A program made the position numbers and the translations under genes. Below are positions 19,606 through 29,726 of a stretch of DNA of 64,000 nt, in pieces. The notes under the pieces were generated by a model. The model saw nothing but the letters and a program-made list of their open reading frames with translations, was not told where the DNA came from and did no database searches. How positions within the stretch are numbered: position 1 is the stretch's first letter; the number at the start of each line of letters is the position of its first letter. The DNA is from Nitrospirota bacterium (lineage in GTDB: Bacteria; Nitrospirota; Thermodesulfovibrionia; Thermodesulfovibrionales; Dissulfurispiraceae): NCBI GenBank assembly GCA_963796345.1, contig CAWCLI010000017.1, positions 26,571 through 90,570 on the forward strand, written 5' to 3'.

Positions 19606-20763
19606 TCATCGAGTTTGATTGGTATGATGGTCAACAAGTTCACTCCATTTCCGGAGAGTGTCGTCCAAATCGAAAGCCTCTGCCCTTACCAATGATTTTT
19701 TTCTATAATACGTAATCTGATCGCCATCCATGCAAAAATCTTTTATTGCCGAGGCCAGCCCTCCAATATCCCCTCTTTTTATCAGTCTGAGGTATTCCCC
19801 GTTTCCCGATATCTCGCTGCTTGACGGCTCGAAATCGTAGCTGATACAGGCACAGCCGCATGCCATAGCTTCAATTAACATATTAGGAAACCCCTCATAA
19901 TATGACGGGAAGACAAATAATTTGGCATTTCTCATATATTTATACGGATTTATGGTAAAACCGATAAGTTTAACCCGGTCCTGGAGGTCCATGTCTATTA
20001 TCAAATTCTCTAAATTATTTCTGTCCGGTCCATCTCCAATTACGATCAGGCTCTCCCCGATCGAATCACTGATTCTTGCAAAAGCACGGATAAGATCATC
20101 CTGCCCTTTCTGTCTCTTATACAATCTCCCTGCACACACAATGCAGTTCGCAATATTCGCATGCTCCTGGCCCAATCTGTTTACTTCTCCCCTATCCACC
20201 CCATTCCGTATCACCCGCGAATCGATCCCAAGGGTTTCCAATTCATTTTTTACTCCCTCGCTCACACTCACCACCATATCAGCCTTTTTATAAAGCCGCT
20301 TAATCCCTTCTTTGTAAAACTCGAAATCAAGAAGATGAATGAGGGCATCTTTATATTGATGTTCTATTGAGACACGCGATGAAACAATAAGCTTTCTGTT
20401 ATCAAGTCCTCTTTTAATCGCATCGATCGCAATCAGGTTATTGTAGTCTTCGAATGATATAAAAATATCCGCATCTATCTCATCCAACACATGTTTCAAA
20501 AGAGATACCCTGTATTGGTAGAGCGCCTTACCTTCTTTCAACGTGACTTCCCTGTCCGCACCAGAGATGACACGGGGGTCCAATTTCTTTTCAGGCATCA
20601 TGACTAGTTTAATCCCCGTATCGACATTAAATGCCGGCGGTTTATTTTCAAATAATATAATATCGACTCTGTTCTTCTTGACTAAATCGTTGGCCAAGGT
20701 CGAAACGACCTTTTGGACACCGCCGAAACCGAGGTTCTGGGTAATAAGTGCTACCCTCTTCAT
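19606..20763 (-). CDS. glycosyltransferase family 4 (GT-B)
   Basis: MKRVALITQNLGFGGVQKVVSTLANDL...LIVIGDGPDR..L......L..RV.L.GF......Y...A.LFVFPSYYEGFPNMLIEAMACG. Its ATG overlaps the upstream stop (ATGA). Confidence 0.8.
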   Translation of the reverse strand: MKRVALITQNLGFGGVQKVVSTLANDLVKKNRVDIILFENKPPAFNVDTGIKLVMMPEKKLDPRVISGADREVTLKEGKALYQYRVSLLKHVLDEIDADIFISFEDYNNLIAIDAIKRGLDNRKLIVSSRVSIEHQYKDALIHLLDFEFYKEGIKRLYKKADMVVSVSEGVKNELETLGIDSRVIRNGVDRGEVNRLGQEHANIANCIVCAGRLYKRQKGQDDLIRAFARISDSIGESLIVIGDGPDRNNLENLIIDMDLQDRVKLIGFTINPYKYMRNAKLFVFPSYYEGFPNMLIEAMACGCACISYDFEPSSSEISGNGEYLRLIKRGDIGGLASAIKDFCMDGDQITYYRKKSLVRAEAFDLDDTLRKWSELVDHHTNQTR

Positions 20764-21494
20764 CGCGTACAACACCCGTACAGTTCCGCACAGTTATCAC
20801 TGAACAGGTGGGAGAGGTTGTTGAGCGCATCCATGAATTCCCTTGGAAAAGTTGCCAGTTGTCCGTCGGTAAGGGGTTTGAACTGCACCCCCTCCAGGGC
20901 CACTGGAATCAACCCGGAACTTTTGATTTGAGCTTGCAATAAATTCATGTCGTATACTCTGACATGCCCGGACTCTATATCATTTCTGTTGAGGGAATAC
21001 GGCGTCTCCAGAAGTCCCATTTCAACTCCGAGAAGCCGGTGTATGCTCCGTGCGTTAGGCACGATTATATGTATCCTGCCGTCTTCCGACAGCCAACTCT
21101 TTGCAAGTGAGAGTACTTTCACCGGGTCCTCCACATGCTCCAGGCTATCGGTCAGGATAATGTCGGAATACCTCTCATAGGTAGAATAATCCTCCCATCT
21201 TGACAGGACAAACCGTATGTCGGAAAGCAATTCGTCCTTCAAAACCTTTCCTACAAATTTGTCCTCCTTGTCCACTACAGTCAGTCTTTCCGACCATCTG
21301 GCGAGTATAGAAGTGGTAGGAGACTCATCGCTTCCGAGTTCCAGCGCATTCACACCGATGAAATTCCGGTTTATCCTTTCGTAACCATATTTTTTCGTCA
21401 GCAGGTAGGATTTGATTCTGGGGTCATCAGTAAGCGCAATAGCTTTTTCAATTATCTCATGCAGGAGTTTCCCTCTTTTTAAAACATCACTCAT
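20760..21494 (-). CDS. class I SAM-dependent methyltransferase
   Basis: NALELGSDES is a degenerate motif I. Downstream comes IILTDSLEHVEDPVKVLSLAKSWLSEDGRIHIIVPN, the pattern of Methyltransf_11/23. Confidence 0.65.
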   Translation of the reverse strand: MSDVLKRGKLLHEIIEKAIALTDDPRIKSYLLTKKYGYERINRNFIGVNALELGSDESPTTSILARWSERLTVVDKEDKFVGKVLKDELLSDIRFVLSRWEDYSTYERYSDIILTDSLEHVEDPVKVLSLAKSWLSEDGRIHIIVPNARSIHRLLGVEMGLLETPYSLNRNDIESGHVRVYDMNLLQAQIKSSGLIPVALEGVQFKPLTDGQLATFPREFMDALNNLSHLFSDNCAELYGCCTR

Positions 21495-22419
21495 CCTTTT
21501 TATAACCCTTCATGCCCAGGATAAACCCGCTCGGTTCCATTTCCCTGAAACCATTTTCCTTAAACCAGCAATAGACTTCATCCAGATAATGCCTGTTTAT
21601 ATAGGCTGGACTGTACAAATCAAAATTATTTAATGCTCTAACCTCCCTGACGCTGTCCATGGCTAATGGTATCATCTCCCGCAAGGCAGTTCCCACAAAT
21701 GGGACTTTATAAAAAAAGTACAAATAACTCGCCGCGTTTGAAAGGGCATGCAAGCCTCTATGGGACAATTTCGAAGTGATGTACTTTCTGATCCTGTCCT
21801 GATTTCCGGATTTCCTCGCCCAATAATTTCCATAAAGCCAGACAGCAAGCAAGCCGCCCGGTTTGACGTATTTCGTTATCGCATCGAAAGCCCCTTTTGT
21901 GTCCGGCGTATGGTGCAGGACCCCTGATGAATAGACAACATCGAAGTAACCATCTTTAAAAGGAAGGTGAAACAAATCCGCCTGAATAATCATGATATTG
22001 CTCAGATGCCCGACATTTTCAATCGCAGCATCGACCGATCTGCTAAGGTCAACTCCGACTACGTATCGTGCCCCGTAACGATCGGCACATACATTGATAT
22101 ATGAACCTGCACCGCAACCCACATCCAGGACGATTTTATTTTCTACGTCCCGTTTTTCGACGGCTAACATTCTTTTCATTTCGTCTTTTGCCATCTCTGG
22201 ACCTTTAACTTTTTTATAAAAATGCCATTCTTTTCCAAAAGACGAAGAATATATTTCTTCGGTTACAAACCTCGGTATGTAATTTTTAATTTCATATTCG
22301 CCTGAGCATCCCGCACATTTCAGCATGCCTTCCTTTACTCTTCCATTATTTTCCTCCAGAACAAAAAGAGTAAGTCCGGATTTGCAATCAGGGCAAACCA
22401 ATAATTCCACTAAGCACAT
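21487..22419 (-). CDS. SAM-dependent methyltransferase with N-terminal Trm112-like zinc ribbon
   Basis: The ribbon reads LLVCPDCKSGL...LKCAGCSGEYEIKNYIPRF. The methyltransferase part reads VLDVGCGAGSY...VVGVDLS...ADLFHLPFKDGYFDVVYSSGVLHHTPD...KPGGLLAVW. Confidence 0.8.
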   Translation of the reverse strand: MCLVELLVCPDCKSGLTLFVLEENNGRVKEGMLKCAGCSGEYEIKNYIPRFVTEEIYSSSFGKEWHFYKKVKGPEMAKDEMKRMLAVEKRDVENKIVLDVGCGAGSYINVCADRYGARYVVGVDLSRSVDAAIENVGHLSNIMIIQADLFHLPFKDGYFDVVYSSGVLHHTPDTKGAFDAITKYVKPGGLLAVWLYGNYWARKSGNQDRIRKYITSKLSHRGLHALSNAASYLYFFYKVPFVGTALREMIPLAMDSVREVRALNNFDLYSPAYINRHYLDEVYCWFKENGFREMEPSGFILGMKGYKKDE

Positions 22420-22420
22420 C

Positions 22421-23533
22421 TCAGAGAATCTCTTTTATTGTATTTATAACGTAATCAATCTCTTTATCAGTCAGTTTCGGGTATAGGGGAATTGAAATTG
22501 TCCTTTTGCCAATGTATTCTGCAATGGGAAAGTCCCCCTCTCTATATCCAAAACTATTTCGATAATAGCTATGAAGGTGGATAGGTCTATAATGGACCGC
22601 CACCCCTATTCCACTTTCCTGCAGCCCATGCAATACCTCATCTCTCTGTTCCACCAGGATCGTGAAGAGGTGATACGCCGGCTTTACCGTGCTGGGAACG
22701 CGAATGTATTCGATTCCGGCGAGATCAAAGGCCTTCTCATAAAACTGTGCGATTTCTTTCCTCCGTTCACGGAGCTTGTCTATCCTTTCCAGTTGCCCGA
22801 TTAGAACCGCCGACTGGATATCACTTATATTGTATTTCCAACCGAGGAGTTTCATGTTCCAATGCTCGTATTTTTTTGTATATCTGTCCGCTGCGCTCTT
22901 ATCTATGCCATGCAACGACAACATTCCAAGATTGTCGGCAAGCCGGCCATCTCTGCATATAATAGCGCCTCCCTCACCTGAAGTTATATTTTTTGTAGCA
23001 TAAAATGAAAAACACGCGGTATCGGAAAGTTGACCAGGCCTTGTCCCCTCTCTTTGTCCCTCGATACAGTGTGCAGCATCCTCAATAATTTTAAGGTTAT
23101 ATTTGTCTCCGATCTCTTTTATTTTTTTCATATCAGCCATATTGCCGTAAAGATGCACCGGAATTATTGCTTTGGTACGATTTGTAATTTTCTCCACGAT
23201 CCTGGCTGCATCGATATTGCCTGTGGCTCTTTCGACATCGACAAAAACCGGGGTCGCACCTGCATGAAGAATGGCATTGGCGGTAGCTACGAAGCTCAGA
23301 GGGCTTGTAATTACTTCATCTCCTGGACCTATGCCCAGCGCCAGGAGAGAGAGGTGCAGCGCCGCCGTACACGAACTTACTGCCACCGCGAAAGGCGCCT
23401 CCACATATTTTGAAAAATTCTCCTCGAAAGTATGTGTGACACTGCTTGTAGTAAGAAAAATCGACCTCAGAACACTCACAGAGGCTGCGATGTCCTCTTC
23501 ATCAATATTATGTTTGTAAAATTCAATCCTCAC
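22421..23533 (-). CDS. DegT/DnrJ/EryC1-family PLP sugar aminotransferase
   Basis: IDEEDIAASVSVLRS.FLT.....TFEENFSKYVEAPFAVAVSSCTAALHLSLLALGIGPGDEVITSPLSF...FSFYATKNITSGEGGAI. Confidence 0.85.
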   Translation of the reverse strand: MRIEFYKHNIDEEDIAASVSVLRSIFLTTSSVTHTFEENFSKYVEAPFAVAVSSCTAALHLSLLALGIGPGDEVITSPLSFVATANAILHAGATPVFVDVERATGNIDAARIVEKITNRTKAIIPVHLYGNMADMKKIKEIGDKYNLKIIEDAAHCIEGQREGTRPGQLSDTACFSFYATKNITSGEGGAIICRDGRLADNLGMLSLHGIDKSAADRYTKKYEHWNMKLLGWKYNISDIQSAVLIGQLERIDKLRERRKEIAQFYEKAFDLAGIEYIRVPSTVKPAYHLFTILVEQRDEVLHGLQESGIGVAVHYRPIHLHSYYRNSFGYREGDFPIAEYIGKRTISIPLYPKLTDKEIDYVINTIKEIL

Positions 23534-24468
23534 GGTTCCTCTTGAAATAAATCAAATTGAAGGTCCTGGAAAAACCGAGCGCTACAAAGATGGTTACCAG
23601 CACTTGAGCAAAAATAAGAGCAACAGGCCTGAGAAGCCTGTTCCTCTGCAGGCGCCTGATAAACTTCTGGTCCTCGGTAGCTTCCAGCTTCAGCTTCAGA
23701 TAATAGTACAGCCGCGCGATATTTCCTTTTAGCATTCCGTCCAGATGAGGAATGGTACAAAATACGCCCTCCCTGAGTGCCCTGCCAGCGATCTTACGTA
23801 TCATACGTGGGTTAGTAAAAGTAAGCTCATCAATAAAGTAATCTTTCCGATTCCTCATAGTGACGTAGCGCCGCGCGAGACTCTTGACTAAGAATATATA
23901 GGGGATCCAGAGAATATTGTAATGGCCTTCGTAAAAAGACTTATAATTTGGTATGTTCATATATATAACTCCCGGGTTAGCCAGCACGCGTTCCGCTTCT
24001 CGCAGTACCTCTTCTACATCACGAACGTGCTCAAGAACGGCGAAGCTGTATACGGCATCGAATGACGCCGCTGGGAAGCACGATAAATTTCTCCCGAGCC
24101 TTCCACAAGGATGTTTTCCGGATATCCCACCCCGTTAGCTTTGAGAAGTTCACAGGCTATGGCATACCGTCCCTCGAATCCGGTTCCACTCCCGGCTCGA
24201 CTCCGACCACGTTAAATCCTTGTTTGATGCATTCTATCATCGAGAGACCATAGCCTGCTCCTATCTCCAGGAACCTTAGATCATGCGGCTGCTTTTCGAG
24301 TTTTGCAATAAGGCGGTTGAACCCGGTTTTCATAGGACAGGAGGCCCCTCCGACAATGGCATCGAAAAGTATGTCCGGGCTATCCTCTCCTCTCACATCT
24401 TTTGCAAAGGCTGTGATGTCATTCAGTATTTTCTCCCGTATATTACCAGGAATAATAACCATGCTCAA
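23523..24468 (-). pseudogene. class I SAM-dependent methyltransferase, two frame breaks
   Basis: ORF 24157-24468 reads ...RFLEIGAGYGLSMIECIKQGFNVVGVEP. A shifted middle segment reads FEGRYAIACELLKANGVGYPENILVEGSGE. A second shifted segment reads LSCFPAASFDAVYSFAVLEHVRDVEEVLREAERVLANPGVIYMNIPN and runs into ORF 23523-23987. Confidence 0.65.
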
Positions 24469-25499
24469 TGGATCACTCTTTCACCATTTTTCAGGACTAT
24501 CGGCACATGCCGCAACCAAAGTTGTTTCTCCCATAAATGCGTGTTGCTCTTATACCATTCGATTGTCCTTAGTATCCCTTCTTCAAGACGCGTCCGGGGC
24601 TCCCAATTCAGAAATCTCTTTGCTCTCGAAATATCCGCGGTATGCCGGTCAACCTGGCCAGGGCGTTCGGTAATGTATTTAATCCTTTCCTTGCTGATGC
24701 CCATAATATCGGTTATAATATGGGCCAACTCCTTGACTGTTATGCTCCTGCCGGTTCCTATATTGAAGGCCTCTCCCTTTATCTCTCTCATATCACCATT
24801 CAAAATCGTATCGATCCCTTCGCAGGTATCCTCAACGTAAATCCAATCCCTGCTCATTAACCCCTCGCCGTGAATATGCAGATCCTCGTTCAGCAGGCAG
24901 CTTGTTATAAACCTGGGAATAACCTTTTCCAAGTGCTGGCGCGGCCCGTAATTGTTGAACGGCCGAACGATAACAGCCGGAAGGTTATAAGTCTTCACAT
25001 AGGAATAGACCAGTCTATCAGCACCGACCTTTGCAGCAGCGTAAGGAGAGGTGGGATTGAACGCGTGGCTCTCATCCATCCGGTCTGCTTCGGCTGTTCC
25101 ATACACCTCCGAGCTTGAAATATGGATAAAGCGCTCGACCTTGCCGTTATTTTTCAGCACTGCGTTTGCCACTGCCTGCGTACCGAGGATATCGGTTTCG
25201 AAAAAATTCTTATTATCGAAGATTGAGCGGGTAACATGCGTCTCTGCTGCAAAGTGAACAACCATATCAGCCCTCGCAACAAGGGTCTCAACAAGTGATG
25301 AATTCTTGACATCACCATACCAGAATTCAAACCGTTCACTGAATTCATTGTGTTTGACAGGAAAGTTCTCGACACTGCCTGCATAGGTCAGGAAATCTAA
25401 AACAATAATTCTAAGTGAGGGGTATTTTTTGTAAAGATAATGCACAAAGTTTGATCCTATGAATCCTGCGCCGCCTGTGACGAGTATTGTTTTCTGCAT
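24465..25499 (-). CDS. NAD-dependent sugar-nucleotide 4,6-dehydratase (dTDP-glucose 4,6-dehydratase family, RfbB-like)
   Basis: ILVTGGAGFIGSNFVHYL...IIVLDFLTYAGSVENF...HFAAETHVTRSI...ISSSEVYG...YAAAK. This is an extended SDR with the YxxxK motif. Confidence 0.8.
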   Translation of the reverse strand: MQKTILVTGGAGFIGSNFVHYLYKKYPSLRIIVLDFLTYAGSVENFPVKHNEFSERFEFWYGDVKNSSLVETLVARADMVVHFAAETHVTRSIFDNKNFFETDILGTQAVANAVLKNNGKVERFIHISSSEVYGTAEADRMDESHAFNPTSPYAAAKVGADRLVYSYVKTYNLPAVIVRPFNNYGPRQHLEKVIPRFITSCLLNEDLHIHGEGLMSRDWIYVEDTCEGIDTILNGDMREIKGEAFNIGTGRSITVKELAHIITDIMGISKERIKYITERPGQVDRHTADISRAKRFLNWEPRTRLEEGILRTIEWYKSNTHLWEKQLWLRHVPIVLKNGERVIH

Positions 25500-25502
25500 A
25501 GT

Positions 25503-26300
25503 TTAATCGCACCCCTTCCTGAGGATGGTAGTCACGCTATCATCTGCCGAGATAGTAGTTAGTTCTTCCGGTACCGACATCTCACATTTCCCTGTTACGA
25601 TATCAATACTCTGCCTGCCATGATTGAACAGAAGATCGACAACCGATAAATGAGATATGAATACTTTCGTGTTCCACCGACTCTGGTTATAAAAGGGGTG
25701 GCGGTAGTTATGCCACTCCACATCAATGCCGTATTCGCCAAAGAGTGATTCGTTCAGGTATCCCTTTGCCGCATTGCCGGACAGATAGCAGCCAACCTTG
25801 GGTTGCACTTTCATGAGAATCGAAAGCAGACGAAGCTCCTTTCGCATATCCGGTTCGATATCGAGTTTAGATGAAAAGATGAATTTTGATTGTGGGATAC
25901 CGAGATAGTCAAATAGTTCGAACATAAGAGCGTTATTAAGGTCAACCAGATACTTGGTCCTCTTAAGAAGATGACGCTCAATGAAAGGATAGACCTCATC
26001 AAAAAAAGGGCTTCTTTTATAAAATGCCTGTAAGGAACCGAGGTGTTTTTCAACCCATCTGTGTTCGTGCAGGATCGGAACATCTCTGATCACATAAGTA
26101 AAATGGGGCCGCTCCAGCGATACCGGCACTGACAGCCACGCCACACCTCTGTCGGTTCTGATACGGTTTCTCGTCCTCCAGTCCCGGACGGTAAATTGCA
26201 CATCATCCAGCAGTATGAAGACATCCGCCTTATGGGCCATATCAAAAAAGCCGAGCCATGGCAGATAACCCGGCTGCAATATGACCGCTCGTCTGCTCAT
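25503..26300 (-). CDS. WbqC-family protein
   Basis: AVILQPGYLPWLGFFDMAHKADVFILLDDVQFTVRDWRTRNRIRT..GVAWLSVPV matches the WbqC-like family N-terminal signature. Confidence 0.7.
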   Translation of the reverse strand: MSRRAVILQPGYLPWLGFFDMAHKADVFILLDDVQFTVRDWRTRNRIRTDRGVAWLSVPVSLERPHFTYVIRDVPILHEHRWVEKHLGSLQAFYKRSPFFDEVYPFIERHLLKRTKYLVDLNNALMFELFDYLGIPQSKFIFSSKLDIEPDMRKELRLLSILMKVQPKVGCYLSGNAAKGYLNESLFGEYGIDVEWHNYRHPFYNQSRWNTKVFISHLSVVDLLFNHGRQSIDIVTGKCEMSVPEELTTISADDSVTTILRKGCD

Positions 26301-27257
26301 TTCTTTGTAAACTCTTCTACGGTTTTATGGTAATTATAATTCCAGGACTTATAAGGCCAATCCTTGCAGGATGAGCAAATATCGATCCTGGCAAAGTCCC
26401 GTTCAAGGTGATATAGCCTGTATCTATTAAAAAGCTCTCCATTCCATATTTCAGTGAGCGTGTTCTGCAGAACGTTTCCTGCAATGTGCTTCCTGTCCAG
26501 GTCATCAGCGCAGAAAACAACGTCGCCATCTGTAGTGATATGCATACGGTCAAAAGGCCATCGGGCAGGGGATCCTCTCTGAAGAATCCAAAAAAGGCTC
26601 AGTAAAATTCCTGTCGTCGAGGACATTCCAGGTAATCCACTTTCGCAGAAGAACCTTATCAACAATCGCTTGCCAATATTCTACGACTTTTTCCACGTTT
26701 TCCAGCTTATCAGGCTGATTGATGATACTGACAACGACATGTGATCGGGAGTTCATATCATTACGCCTTCCGATCAGCTTAAGCACATTCCCATCCATGT
26801 GATCGAATTCCAGTCCCACCCTAATAACGGCATATGTCTCACGATCCATGGCGTCTGCCGAAATCTCGATAATATCGGTATTGACGGCCAACAGTTGCTC
26901 GATGGCAGACTCATCAAGCAGCGAGCCATTGGTTATCAGCCCCACCCGCAACCCTTTATCTTTTGCATATATTACGAACCGCATTAGATCGCTATTTAGA
27001 AAGGGCTCCCCGCTTCCTGTTATACGCACCAGTCGGTCCTTTTCAACTGAAAGGTCATCGACTATTTTTTTAAATATATGCCAGGGCATCAAGGCATTTA
27101 CCTCTCTTTTCCTCAATTCACGGCGTAAATTAAAAGGGCAATGGCCGCACCGCGCATTGCAGATATTCGATACCCATACCACGGTCATGAGCGGCAGCCG
27201 CTCGGCTCCTTTGAATTTATCGAACTTTTCAGGCACATGTTCTGATTTCATTTTCAT
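26297..27257 (-). pseudogene. radical SAM enzyme with SPASM/twitch-type C-terminal domain, one frame break
   Basis: VSNICNARCGHCPF is the CX3CX2C motif. The C-terminal part reads ...RIPCPMAF / DRMHITTDGDVVFCADD...EIWNG...ICSSCKDW. The break lies at a T4 run near 26555. Confidence 0.75.
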
Positions 27258-27300
27258 CCCTTACGGCTAATAATATTCTGCATATGCCGATTGCCAATCT

Positions 27301-28116
27301 TTACAGTTTCTGCATTAACCCGGGCAACTCTTCAAAGCGCCCTTCCTTGTGCATATCCCGGTAGCTTTTGAGCAGGCCCTTCCATATCTCTTCAATTGAA
27401 TTCTGCCGGACATTTCCGGACTTTACTCTGCAATGGACATCTACAGAACAAAGAGCGACCGTGCCATCTGCACATATATTAATAGTCCGCATGAGCCAAT
27501 AGCAGGGTTTACGCCTGACTGCATCGTTTGGCCGGAGGTTGGGCGCGTCCACGAGTCCTCCCCAGCTTACTTTAGGCCTGACCTTTACATTAACTCTTTC
27601 AGCAGTCCAAAACCTCTTGAACTCTTCGACTTCATGGTCATTGATGTCGCTCAAAACAAACTGGACAAACAGCTTTTGTCCTTCCCTGCCTGATTCCCCG
27701 AGCACGTCCCTGTAGTTCCTCACATTCTGAATTACCTTATTGAAATCTCCTCCTATGCGAATCTTCCTGTATATTTCCTCGGTTGCAGCATCAACTCCCA
27801 CATAAATAGCGTCAAGACCAGCCTGGATAAATGACCTTGCCTTTTCAGTGGTCATCAGCACGCCGTTGGTATTTACCACGACATCATTGAGCCCCTTATC
27901 TTTGGCGTACTTTATCCTGCGATCCATGTCGCTGCAGAGGAACGGATCTCCAAAAAAAATCTCCCATACCCTGGCATTATTGTTTTTAAGTGCAATTTCA
28001 TCAATGATTTTCGTATAGAGATCAAAATCCAATCTCTGTATTTTCCGGTAGCGGCTTATATTTTTGTGATCGCAGGCCGAACACTTCAGATTGCAACCGT
28101 TGAAGTTATCAACCAA
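27301..28116 (-). CDS. radical SAM enzyme with SPASM/twitch-type C-terminal domain
   Basis: NFNGCNLKCSACDH is the CX3CX2C motif. The C-terminal part is KPCYWLMRTINICADGTVALCSVD. The track start is a TTG. An ATG (MAYKSDKLPEQ...) 3 nt after the upstream stop is one frame off, so the N-terminus may extend to about 28187 through a frame break. Confidence 0.7.
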   Translation of the reverse strand: MVDNFNGCNLKCSACDHKNISRYRKIQRLDFDLYTKIIDEIALKNNNARVWEIFFGDPFLCSDMDRRIKYAKDKGLNDVVVNTNGVLMTTEKARSFIQAGLDAIYVGVDAATEEIYRKIRIGGDFNKVIQNVRNYRDVLGESGREGQKLFVQFVLSDINDHEVEEFKRFWTAERVNVKVRPKVSWGGLVDAPNLRPNDAVRRKPCYWLMRTINICADGTVALCSVDVHCRVKSGNVRQNSIEEIWKGLLKSYRDMHKEGRFEELPGLMQKL

Positions 28117-28190
28117 AATAACTTCAGGGAATCTATCAGATTCTGATGTTCGGTCTGCTCTGGCAATTTGTCACTTTTATAGGCCATGTT

Positions 28191-29180
28191 TTACCTCATT
28201 ACTGAACGCTTTTTTACTCCCCTGACCTCCATCGTGGCTTTCAAAAACAAATTGTTCTCTAAAGCCCATTTTCTGAATTTTCTCATCCATGAAAATTTGG
28301 ATATCTTCCTGAAATTGTTCGTATCAAGTTCACGCGGCGTTTCAAAATCCATTTCTTCATACCACTCCTTCAAGTCTGCGAATGGCGTCCGATGATGATA
28401 TTCACAGGTATACCAGTCAAAATTATGCAACCACTTCATTGTAAACGTACGCTGACCACTTAAATGCACGATGTTGCCTAATAACCATGTAATGCCGGGC
28501 ACATATTCTATCAATGTTGGAATAAGCGATAAATAAAACGCAATTGGCCTTGGAAGACGTTTAGGTATGCTACGCAACATTCTGTTAATGATTTTTTGTG
28601 GTCGCGCAAGTTCATGGTAAAGTAAGACAGCGAGTTCGCCTCCAGGTTTGACAATGCTTGCAAGGTTTTTAACACCCTTTTCAGGTGAAGGAGTTGCCAT
28701 CAAAACCCCATGACAGTGAACTATATCAAACGTCTCTTCTTTAAAGGGAAGATTAAAGATGTCTCCCTGGATATAATCTATACCTTTAAAATCCTTGCAC
28801 TCTTCTCTTGCCTTTTCGATCGCTCTTGTATAATCAAGGGCAATCATTCTTCCACCTGCTTTTGCCATATAGTATAACCATCGCCCCCCGCCGCAACCGG
28901 CATCTAAAATAAATTTACCTTTTAGATCTTCAGGGTTCCATTCCGTCAACTCCCAAAATCTAGTGCTTTCATGATAAACACGCCATTTCATCCGGATCCA
29001 GTAATAATAAAAATTTGACGCATAATTAATCTCAAATTCATTCTTTCTTAAAATTCTTGGAATACCGGCTATAATCGGATACTTATGACCGTTCCCAGTG
29101 CTTATTAGATGCCCGGTCAATATTTCATTTCCTTTACCTTCTTTGACTTCGAGTTTGAAAGGAGCTTTGGTCTCAGACAC
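28191..29180 (-). CDS. class I SAM-dependent methyltransferase with degenerate Trm112-like N-terminus
   Basis: ...HKYPIIAGIPRIL... then ILDAGCGGGRWLYYMAKAGGRMIALDY...GDIFNLPFKEETFDIVHCHGVLMATP...KPGGELAVLLY. It has a GTG start. Confidence 0.8.
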   Translation of the reverse strand: MSETKAPFKLEVKEGKGNEILTGHLISTGNGHKYPIIAGIPRILRKNEFEINYASNFYYYWIRMKWRVYHESTRFWELTEWNPEDLKGKFILDAGCGGGRWLYYMAKAGGRMIALDYTRAIEKAREECKDFKGIDYIQGDIFNLPFKEETFDIVHCHGVLMATPSPEKGVKNLASIVKPGGELAVLLYHELARPQKIINRMLRSIPKRLPRPIAFYLSLIPTLIEYVPGITWLLGNIVHLSGQRTFTMKWLHNFDWYTCEYHHRTPFADLKEWYEEMDFETPRELDTNNFRKISKFSWMRKFRKWALENNLFLKATMEVRGVKKRSVMR

Positions 29181-29280
29181 GCTAACAGTTCAACAAGACT
29201 CTCTCGCAACTCACACCTCCATCTCTATCATTATCAGATACGATATCACTTTCATTTCTCATTTCTTTCTGGTACCCGTC

Positions 29281-29709
29281 TTATTCCCCTAATCTTTTTC
29301 TAAAAACAACACTCCTATATTGTTTTTTATCATAAACCTTTGGGGAGGCCTTTTTTCCTCTCACGTATCCGCTTTTTTCGAAAACTCTTTGAGCTATATA
29401 ATTATCATCGAGCACCCATGCCCAGACATTTTTTAAGCCCCTCCCTGTCGCTGCCATTTCAATTGCATTGAGGAGTCTGCTACCAAATCCCCTGTTCTGG
29501 TCTCTTACAAAAAAAGCAATCTCTCCTCCCTTGTCTATATAAAGGATTGCAACACCGAGCAAGATTTTATCTCTTTACTATTCCTCTTACCTCTATTTCT
29601 GTTTTCTTTAACCACTCCCTTGTGTTGTTGATATTGACTGGTAATGTCAAAAGCAAATCAACGTAGCTATTTCTCAAATCTACATATTGCGGGACGAAGA
29701 ATTCGTCAT
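29281..29709 (-). pseudogene. GNAT-family N-acetyltransferase, one or two frame breaks
   Basis: ORF 29281-29562 reads ...IAFFVRDQNRGFGSRLLNAIEMAATGRGLKNVWAWVLDDNYIAQRVFEKSGY, covering the acetyl-CoA-binding motif A region. The upstream frame reads ...FFVPQYVDLRNSYVDLLLTL...REWLKKTEIEVRGIVKR and joins it at an A-run near 29565. The N-terminal boundary is uncertain. Confidence 0.5.
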
Positions 29710-29726
29710 TTTTTAAATCTGTTATC

